Positions 57,096 through 64,000 of a stretch of 64,000 bases of DNA are shown piece by piece (the first letter of the stretch is position 1; each line of letters opens with the position of its first letter). The position numbers and the translations under genes are program-made. The notes below the pieces were generated by a model. It was not told the DNA's origin. It searched no databases and saw nothing but the letters and a program-made list of their open reading frames with translations. The stretch is taken from the sequence record NC_015251.1; one strand, written 5' to 3'.

Positions 57096-57757
57096 ATGAA
57101 AAAACTAATGATTGCTGTCATGTTTGCTTTTCCAATGTTTTCACATGCGGCATCATTTGATTGTGCGAATGCTTCAACTACGGTAGAACTGACGATCTGT
57201 GATGACGAAAAACTGAGTAAACTTGACGAAGAACTTAATAAAGTATATAAACTTGCACGTATACACGACCCGTCAATTGTAAAGTCACAAATTGATTGGG
57301 TTAAAATTAGAAATAAAGCACTTCAGTTGAGCAACTTGATGATCTACATGAATCAAGAATTGCGATTCTAAAGTCTGTTGTAAAACCCACAATCAAACCA
57401 GTTATGATTCGTAATGAATCAGCAGAAATATCATCTTTCTCTACATCGGATAATATAAATACAGTTATTGAGTCCGTTAAAAATAACAAGAGCGATAATA
57501 TTTCAGTTGATGGTTTCGTTTTTAATACAAAGAAAGTAGATTACAAATCCCCCGAGTGGTTGAGTAATTGCGTTAAAGATGAAATAAAAATGACTTATAA
57601 AGTTAACTTTTCCGGAAGAACTGATAAAATGACGGAATATAAAATTATCAACGCACTAACAAACGCAAAATTGAAACAAACCATGGATAGTATCAATGGC
57701 GGTTATGTGACAAAAGACGAACTGTTTAACAATTGTATGTCTGGGATAGGTTTCTGA
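57096..57757 (+). CDS. secreted LprI-like (lysozyme-inhibitor-type) protein, frameshifted near 57320
   Basis: Sec signal MKKLMIAVMFAFPMFSHA, then ASFDC...ELTICDDEKLSKLD..L...Y...SQIDWVKIRN; the shifted frame is continuous with ORF 57404-57757. Confidence 0.7.
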
Positions 57758-58020
57758 TGAACAAGAAAGCCCGTGAGCTGATGATAGAGCTAATTGGAAG
57801 AGGTATTGATTGTAGGGTACTAACTTCAAACACAAGCACGTATATAGACGTACAGGGGCATTTGGTGAGGGTTTCTGACCATAGGGGTCATTCGAAATTC
57901 AAAGGTACTCAGATAAGAAAAGATATCGGGTACTCACGAACTAAATATGGTATGATATTTGGTTATGGTGAAATTCACATGGCTATAAAACATATCATTA
58001 AGGAAATAACACCTAAATAA
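57757..58020 (+). CDS. hypothetical basic protein
   Basis: Start MNKKAR overlapping the previous stop; VRVSDH motif. Confidence 0.65.
   Translation: MNKKARELMIELIGRGIDCRVLTSNTSTYIDVQGHLVRVSDHRGHSKFKGTQIRKDIGYSRTKYGMIFGYGEIHMAIKHIIKEITPK
58012..58019 (+). promoter_or_regulatory. late promoter CCTAAATA for inh
   Basis: Octamer 25 nt upstream of the ATG. Confidence 0.7.
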
Positions 58021-58044
58021 TATAACAAAAGAGGAAAAATCCTA

Positions 58045-58848
58045 ATGGCACGTAAAAAAGAAGAAGAACTTAAAGAACTAGATCTGGGTGTAATTAATGA
58101 AATTATAGAAGAAAATAGCGCCCCAGACGCAAAGGTTAAAATTCAAGTTTATGCAAAAGAATGCGGTTTCAAGATCGGTAAATCTAATATTTCGGTTGAT
58201 GATATGGTAGTCAAACTTCTTGAAATGGCTGACGCAAAGGAAAATCAAAAACTAGAATATAGCCCACTAAACAAGATCAAGACTCCCGAGGTATATTCTG
58301 AGGTAAAACAGATTACTCCGGAAGAAGAACTCGAACTGGCAGAAGATATTGAACAATTCGATCCTGTTGTTGAAGAAAAAGAACCGTTCCTCAATCCGGG
58401 GGAGGTAGTATCAATTAATGATATTCCGGAAGATATTAAAACTGAAATTGTTGATGCTATTAAATCTGGTGAGGTTGTCATTACGGCACCGACAAGCCCA
58501 ATTGAAGAGGTGATTACAGGTATTCACTCATATGTTCCTTCATTAGGAACAAGTCCATGGTTTCCACCAGAACAACCAAAAGAAATAGAAATTAATTTTG
58601 AACCTGATCTTTCTGGATTCACTCCACGTATTAACTTGATTGGGGCTGTTGGTCAACAATATATGAACTGTCCTTATTGGATTTTGGATTGGATTTTGGA
58701 AAATGGAAAGGATTGGAAAACTAAAATCGAAACACATCCGAGAGAAACAGATCATCCTATTCTGAAAACTGTTTTATACTATATTCAGATCCATGGTAGT
58801 GTTACTGTTAGGGAAAGTCGAAACTCACGTTACCATACTCTTTATTGA
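58045..58848 (+). CDS. inh: inhibitor of prohead protease Inh
   Basis: N-terminal YAKECGFKI...DDMV; C-terminal YMNCPYWILDWI...LKTVLYYIQIHGSVTVRESRNSRY as in T4 Inh. Confidence 0.88.
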   Translation: MARKKEEELKELDLGVINEIIEENSAPDAKVKIQVYAKECGFKIGKSNISVDDMVVKLLEMADAKENQKLEYSPLNKIKTPEVYSEVKQITPEEELELAEDIEQFDPVVEEKEPFLNPGEVVSINDIPEDIKTEIVDAIKSGEVVITAPTSPIEEVITGIHSYVPSLGTSPWFPPEQPKEIEINFEPDLSGFTPRINLIGAVGQQYMNCPYWILDWILENGKDWKTKIETHPRETDHPILKTVLYYIQIHGSVTVRESRNSRYHTLY

Positions 58849-58852
58849 TGAT

Positions 58853-58880
58853 TAAGCCATCCTTTTTAGGGTGGCTTTTT
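58853..58880 (+). terminator. intrinsic terminator after inh
   Basis: AAGCCATCC-TTTTTA-GGGTGGCTTTTT. Confidence 0.8.
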
Positions 58881-58930
58881 AATATCCCTAAATAAAAAGG
58901 CCATATTTGGCTATAACAAGGGTATTAAAA

Positions 58931-59200
58931 ATGAATTATAGATTCATAAAGATTGACAACAATTTTGTATTACTTCTTGGTTATAAAGGTGGGATACAAA
59001 TGATTAGAAAATTGAGGGATGGGATTGTATCTGACAATATCTATGAGTTTATTCGTTTGATAAGCCAGTACCTAGATGATGGGTTTATTGTGATCGTGTA
59101 TGATCTGGAAGAGAATAGATTCATTAAGATAAATGAAGAAAAGATTGATATTTTTTTAATTTTCATTATATCATGTAAAATGATGGTTTATGAACTATAA
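58931..59200 (+). CDS. small late hypothetical protein
   Basis: CCTAAATA at 58887-58894; start re-assigned to MNYRFIKID. Confidence 0.6.
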   Translation: MNYRFIKIDNNFVLLLGYKGGIQMIRKLRDGIVSDNIYEFIRLISQYLDDGFIVIVYDLEENRFIKINEEKIDIFLIFIISCKMMVYEL

Positions 59201-59205
59201 GTTAA

Positions 59206-59230
59206 CAGGAACCTTTTGGTTCCTTTTTTG
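59206..59230 (+). terminator. intrinsic terminator
   Basis: AGGAACC-TTTT-GGTTCCTTTTTT. Confidence 0.85.
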
Positions 59231-59264
59231 TATGTATTTTAACCTAATAATGGTTAAAAAGTAT

Positions 59265-59377
59265 ATAGTTTCAAGTGTAATCAAAGTATAAAGTTCTATA
59301 ATATATTAATAGAAACTTTATAATTAGAAAATGTGTGAGTGAAACGAACACGGCTCCGCCGACTCGCTTTGCTCGAA
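59265..59377 (+). repeat. copy 2 of the ~110-bp dispersed intergenic element
   Basis: Aligns with the reverse complement of 35300-35408 along its full length. Confidence 0.9.
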
Positions 59378-59418
59378 TCTAGTTTCTGTTATGTATTTAG
59401 ATATGGTATAATTTGGAT

Positions 59419-59975
59419 ATGAAAAGAAAAATTGTAACTCTTATCGGGACACGAGAACCCGAGCCCCAATATATTGATCTTATGATCCGTATTGGTAAAG
59501 CCTTTTCTGATAAAGGGTATTGGTGCAAGGTCTGGTGATGCAATAGGATCTGACCAAAAATTCCTAAAGAACTATGACCCCTAATTATGTATAAAATATC
59601 CGCCTGATGATAGGGCCGGATGTGTAAATGTAATGAATCATAAAAATTATTATGAGTTCGAATTAATAAGCTTCACGATTTCCATGTAGCTTGGGAATTT
59701 ATGATAATTGGTCATCAGGAATTACATGCTAGAAAACGTCCCCAAGTTATGGGTTTGAATCTTGATACATATTCAAATCTAGTTGTGTTCTGTGCAAATG
59801 AAGATAGTAGAGGTGTAGTTTCCGGGAGGTCCTGCAAACGGCGGTTAAACTTTCCAGAAGCCTAAATATACCTACACTAAACATTATGAATCCAGTACAG
59901 AGATCTAAGCTGTGTAAATGGCTTGGAATTGAAGATATACCGATATTCGAAAAGGTTGACATTTTTAATCTCTAA
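59419..59975 (+). pseudogene. SLOG/DprA-like nucleotide-binding protein gene broken by several indels and a stop (pseudogene or sequencing artefact)
   Basis: Hand reconstruction: MKRKIVTLIGTREP...GKAFSDKGY.ARSGDAIGSD...LHARN..QVMGLNL...LVVFCA...GG.ATAVKLSRSLNIPTLNI. Confidence 0.7.
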
Positions 59976-60014
59976 ATATTGTTGTGGAATAACAATAATA
60001 AACAGAGGTTTGGA

Positions 60015-60357
60015 ATGAAAAGCTCGCCACGGAAAATAGCACATAGGGGCACATGACGCAATAAGACGTTTTAATTTGGTATTAGGTGATACTGATACTT
60101 TATGGAAAGATGAACCAGAAAAAGTTAAAAGGGTTTGGACAAAACACGTTAACTACATAATCGACCATCCGGATTCAGATTCCCAAACTGTTCATAATCT
60201 TTGGCGCACATATAAGAATGGGCAAGGATGGATATTTGGTGAAGAGAAATCTACGGAAGATAAAACACATCCATGTCTTGTGCCTTATGAAAAACTTCAT
60301 GAAATAGAACATATGAAATATTTTATTTTCATGGAGACTGTTAGAGAGCAACAATAA
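60015..60357 (+). CDS. RyR (ryanodine receptor repeat) domain protein, frameshifted near the N-terminus
   Basis: VHNLWRTYKNGQGWIFGEEKSTEDKTHPCLVPYEKL is the RyR signature; GAGG SD and ATG at 60015; TCTAAATA at 59971. Confidence 0.8.
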
Positions 60358-60392
60358 AAAAGCCCCGTCCTAAATTGGATGGGGCTTTTATT
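60356..60392. terminator. bidirectional terminator between RyR gene and 24
   Basis: AAAAAGCCCCGTCC-TAAATT-GGATGGGGCTTTT. Confidence 0.85.
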
Positions 60393-60394
60393 TT

Positions 60395-61618
60395 TTATTG
60401 AGTATAATCTTTAAGTTGTACCATACACATACGAGCTAGTTGTGATTTGTTAGCAGCAGCAACCCAATCTTCACCGTCATATATTTTAGATGGTTCTGCA
60501 TCTATAACCCTAAAATCGGGAGAAGTAGATAGAGCATAACGATTTATTACACCGACAACTGGTTGTAATGCATGTGGATCCGCAGTGATCATGAAAGTTC
60601 CGGCGTCATCGTCTTCGATATACGGAGAGTAATAAACCGCACTAACTGTATCCAGACCTTCTAGATTTGCCTTAACACCGACCAACATATAATGAACTGG
60701 GGTTTTTGTATCTATAACCAATTTCATATGTGTACCAACCACACGATGTTCGTCATCAACCAACCCAGACGCTTGTATAAGCGCACCAACGTGAGTTGAG
60801 GTAAGTATATAGGTAGGCTTGAAAGTCGTGTCTAGCGTGATCTGAGCAGCCATACGACACGCCCGAGCAACCAGATCCCGACCTGCAAAATACTCTGTAG
60901 TGTCATGAAGATAAGGAATCGCAATTTGCTCTTTAGTAGCAACAGTTACTAACTTAGAAATAATATCTGAGTTTACTTCTTCTGCAATAGCTACAGACAA
61001 TAGATCTTCAACCGCAGCATCTCCATCCATATTCATACCGCCCATATCTTGAAGTAGTTCAAGAGATATTTGGCTTCTTAATTTACGACTACGAACTGTA
61101 GATTTCCATTTGTTCATAACAAATCGAACGTCTTGGATATCGTCAGATTCTTGAGTGCTATGTTCTATTGCATCGGCAACTAAACGAATCTCTCCGGTAT
61201 ATGCCATTTTAAAAACGTCATCAAATGCACCGGTGTAATCCCCCGGTTTGATTACTTGAAATACATAACCATTAAGAGTGAAATAGTCGCCTGCTACCAT
61301 TGTAGCGGTAGGTGCTGGGATACTACTATCCATATGATACTGACCGCCGAAGTTTTTATAATCTAGGCTGATATCATAAGTCTCTGTAGGTTTTGATTTA
61401 CTTTCATATTGATATCTAACACCAAATACGTTAGCAATTTGGGTTCTGGTAGGTTGAACTCCTGCCAATTGATCATAAATCTTGTTGAATGTTTTTCTTG
61501 TCAATGCTACTAGAGTAGGGCGACTGGTTACCATATCTCCGGTATCAGTTTCCTGAATAAGCCTAGCGGAAGACTGTGATTCAGAAATCAGCTTTGCTAT
61601 GGTATTTTTCTTTTCCAT
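60395..61618 (-). CDS. 24: capsid vertex protein
   Basis: IAKLISES...SRPTLVALTR...GVQPT...VRSRKLR...EEVNSDII; CCTAAATA at 61660-61667. Confidence 0.92.
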   Translation of the reverse strand: MEKKNTIAKLISESQSSARLIQETDTGDMVTSRPTLVALTRKTFNKIYDQLAGVQPTRTQIANVFGVRYQYESKSKPTETYDISLDYKNFGGQYHMDSSIPAPTATMVAGDYFTLNGYVFQVIKPGDYTGAFDDVFKMAYTGEIRLVADAIEHSTQESDDIQDVRFVMNKWKSTVRSRKLRSQISLELLQDMGGMNMDGDAAVEDLLSVAIAEEVNSDIISKLVTVATKEQIAIPYLHDTTEYFAGRDLVARACRMAAQITLDTTFKPTYILTSTHVGALIQASGLVDDEHRVVGTHMKLVIDTKTPVHYMLVGVKANLEGLDTVSAVYYSPYIEDDDAGTFMITADPHALQPVVGVINRYALSTSPDFRVIDAEPSKIYDGEDWVAAANKSQLARMCMVQLKDYTQ

Positions 61619-61679
61619 TTAGGTTTTCCTCAATATGTTTTAATGTTCCTTACTGTAATTATTTAGGGAACATATAAAA

Positions 61680-61712
61680 GAAAAGGGTCTGCAATTAAGC
61701 AGACCCTTTTTT
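61680..61712 (-). terminator. intrinsic terminator after gene 23
   Basis: AAAAGGGTCTGC-AATTAA-GCAGACCCTTTT. Confidence 0.85.
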
Positions 61713-61726
61713 GTTTTCAGGAGATA

Positions 61727-63409
61727 TTAAGCACCCAGAACACGTACTCTACGGAAGAATGAGTTCTTACCGAAGATAGCAGCACTTGGCATACCGGACT
61801 TGATCTTATCAAATCCACGGTTCTTAGCACCATCAGCGAACGGGTGCAGTTTAACACCGTAACGAGTCTTGAAGCCAAGAATGGTCTGGAATGACTTAGG
61901 ATCAGTACCACGGAGCGGGGTCAACGGTACATATGGGCAGTAGTAGATACCGGCATCCATTTCACTGGAACCCTTGTAACCTACAGTGAAGTAATCTTCT
62001 ACAGCGTACTGGTCGATATAGACACGATACTTACCAGCCAGAACACCAGCAAACACAGATACAGATGTATCGGTATTCATGGTAGTTGTACCAGCATTAG
62101 CTGGGCTGATCAGTTGCTCACTCGAACCAAGGATAACTGCAACGTTACGGGAACAGATTACAAAGTTACCGTTACCACGACCAGTCTGACGACCGATTTC
62201 AGCAGCTTCTTTGTCAATCTGGGTTACCATAGATTTGGCACTTTCACCAGCCCAACGAGCACCACGTACATCATTCGGGTCACCGAAGTTGAATACACCG
62301 GTAGCACCGCCATGCTTATTGGTCCAACCGGTTTTACCGATTTGAGCAGTAGCGTTAATCCACAGGATCATTTCGCGGTTGATTTCCAGCATGATTTCGT
62401 TAGCCAGAATAGAACTCAGTTCGCTATCAGCATCCAGACCGTGAACGTTACGCAGATCTTGCGCCAGTTCGATGGAGTATTGAGCTTTCAGTTGACGAGC
62501 TTTGGCTTCAACAACCTGCTTGTCAATACGGAAACTCATTTCGTTCCATGGGTTATCGCTAGAACCGTTAAAGTTTTCTTGCAGTTCTGCCAGAGAGGTA
62601 GCCATACCTTCACCGATTTCAACAGCCAGACGGTCACCGATTACTTTCTGATAGCCAGCAGTTTTAACATCGGTAGCAGTACCAGCAACATAAGCAGCGA
62701 TAAACTGAACGATCTTAGTACCAGAAGCAGAATAATTATCAACTTCTTCGTCCAGTTGGAAACGAGCCAGATCACCCACGCTATAAGCGGTATCCTTATC
62801 GAAAGCTGGGATCAGGGGCTTGGTAGCACCGCGACCAGAGAAGCTTGCGTCAGGACCGTACATCGGATGGAAGGCTTCGCGAGCTTGTGCATCCAGAGCG
62901 TCATCACCGTAGATAGCACGGAGAGTAAACACTTGACCGGTAGAACTTACCATCGGCTGAACACCACAGATATCAAAGGCGATCAGGTTAGCAATGGCAC
63001 GGCGAGCCAGACCCATAACAGCAGGACCAACGGTAGTAATGTTACCGGAAGCTTCACCAGAGGCAATCTTCACAGCGTCATAGCCATGGTCACCAACGAT
63101 GTTAGCCTCGGTCAGAACTTCTTGCATTTGGCTTTCATTCAGGGTTTCGCCGTTTGCTTCAGCATTAGATTTAGCTTCATCAAGCAGGGCTTTGGCTTCT
63201 GCGATACGTGCGGTACGACCGGCAACGTCAATCATAGAATCAACTACAGAACGGTCGGTATAAATACCGCCTTCGTTGGTACTGATATCAACCAGTTGGT
63301 TTTCCATCAGACGAGCAACGATATCTTTGCGTTTCAGAGAGGCGATTTCCGGTGCGCCTTCTTTTTCCAGAAGCGGCTTCCACTTAGCAATTAGATTAGC
63401 TTTAGACAT
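61727..63409 (-). CDS. 23: major capsid protein
   Basis: LIAKWKPLLE, TEANIVGDHGY, AFDICGVQPM, MATSLAELQE, EAKARQLKAQYSIELAQDL, GFKTRYG. Confidence 0.98.
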   Translation of the reverse strand: MSKANLIAKWKPLLEKEGAPEIASLKRKDIVARLMENQLVDISTNEGGIYTDRSVVDSMIDVAGRTARIAEAKALLDEAKSNAEANGETLNESQMQEVLTEANIVGDHGYDAVKIASGEASGNITTVGPAVMGLARRAIANLIAFDICGVQPMVSSTGQVFTLRAIYGDDALDAQAREAFHPMYGPDASFSGRGATKPLIPAFDKDTAYSVGDLARFQLDEEVDNYSASGTKIVQFIAAYVAGTATDVKTAGYQKVIGDRLAVEIGEGMATSLAELQENFNGSSDNPWNEMSFRIDKQVVEAKARQLKAQYSIELAQDLRNVHGLDADSELSSILANEIMLEINREMILWINATAQIGKTGWTNKHGGATGVFNFGDPNDVRGARWAGESAKSMVTQIDKEAAEIGRQTGRGNGNFVICSRNVAVILGSSEQLISPANAGTTTMNTDTSVSVFAGVLAGKYRVYIDQYAVEDYFTVGYKGSSEMDAGIYYCPYVPLTPLRGTDPKSFQTILGFKTRYGVKLHPFADGAKNRGFDKIKSGMPSAAIFGKNSFFRRVRVLGA

Positions 63410-63481
63410 TTTTATTTTTCCTTTTGGATTTTAAGATAAAACTTTCGGAGTGAAGAACCATTTCCTCATCACCTTCAAATA

Positions 63482-63489
63482 TATTTAGG
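63482..63489 (-). promoter_or_regulatory. late promoter CCTAAATA for gene 23
   Basis: Octamer in the 22-23 intergenic region. Confidence 0.75.
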
Positions 63490-63533
63490 GGTGTAAAAAT
63501 ACTTTATTTTTATGATTACACCCCAAAGCTGGA

Positions 63534-64000
63534 TTACATCCAATTCATAAGATTGGCAACTGATTCGTCAATCTTTTTCTCAGGTTTCTTTTTAGGGTCT
63601 TTCTTATCTTTGGCGTCTTTATCTTCCTTTTTCTCACCCTTATCATCTTCGTCTTCATCCGCCTTAAAATTCAAGCCATCACCGGCTTCATTAATAGGCT
63701 TTGAAGTGGGCTCTACTTTTTGAGCAACCATTTCAACGAGAGATTCTACACGGGTTTTAAATTGGTCAGATTTACCAAAAGAAATACCTTCACTCAGAGA
63801 AAGAACTTGTTCCTGTTGAACAACGGTAAGGTCCTTAATTGCTTCAGCGATAATATTACCGCGCTCTTGTTTCTGTACAGATTCCAGCAGTTCGGAATTT
63901 TTTGTAAGAAGAACATTAATTTCATCGCGAGCTTCAGAAAGTTCGGATTCCATTTCTTCTACAACATTAATAGACTCTTCAGGAATATGGACATTATGAG
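63534..64000 (-). CDS. 22: prohead core scaffold protein, 5'-truncated by the window edge
   Basis: Open frame from the edge: HNVHIPEESINVVEEMESEL...QQEQVLSLSEGISF...FKTRVESLVEMV, as in T4 gp22. Confidence 0.9.
   Translation of the reverse strand, partial: HNVHIPEESINVVEEMESELSEARDEINVLLTKNSELLESVQKQERGNIIAEAIKDLTVVQQEQVLSLSEGISFGKSDQFKTRVESLVEMVAQKVEPTSKPINEAGDGLNFKADEDEDDKGEKKEDKDAKDKKDPKKKPEKKIDESVANLMNWM

Noticed and set aside
59861-59868. CCTAAATA inside the SLOG-like gene
   Set aside because: Encodes part of SLNI in the reading frame; the TCTAAATA at 59971 is better placed for the RyR gene.
62114-63394. 426-aa plus-strand ORF antisense to gene 23
   Set aside because: Shadow ORF from the strong codon bias of a highly expressed gene; no RBS or recognisable motifs.
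1-64000. tRNA genes, CRISPR arrays, IS elements
   Set aside because: No cloverleaf-like sequence, spaced direct repeats or transposase seen by eye; tRNAscan-SE and a CRISPR finder would confirm.

Overview
This is 64 kb of a large T4-like myophage genome (Straboviridae). From memory, not a search, the Dda helicase and the split gp43 look like Aeromonas phage 65 or a close relative. The left half (1-34.1 kb, all minus strand) holds replication and nucleotide-metabolism genes: rIIA, fused topoisomerase 39/60, dexA, dUTPase, primase 61, helicase 41, 40, uvsX, split polymerase 43A/43B, regA, 62/44/45, 46/47, 55, an orphan SF2 helicase plus MmcB-like nuclease, and a contiguous nrdA-nrdB-nrdD-nrdG-grcA-nrdC-nrdH cluster. 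The right half is inverted relative to T4: a GIY-YIG endonuclease, a greatly extended gp35, gp34, rnh-dsbA-33-59-32, 30.2, a PTH2-like gene, ligase, dda, uvsY, uvsW, rnlB, an LprI-like secreted protein, inh, SLOG-like and RyR genes, 24, 23 and part of 22. No tRNA, CRISPR array or intron was seen. Main caveat: many genes, including essential 32, 33 and 59, are broken by 1-nt indels, often in short homopolymers, so the sequence probably has base-calling errors; several genes were rebuilt by hand across these shifts. The most interesting non-coding signal is a ~110-bp element present twice (35300-35408 and 59265-59377, inverted), with an AT-rich palindrome and a conserved small GC hairpin, each copy just past a terminator. 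Late promoters read (C/T)CTAAATA rather than T4's TATAAATA.
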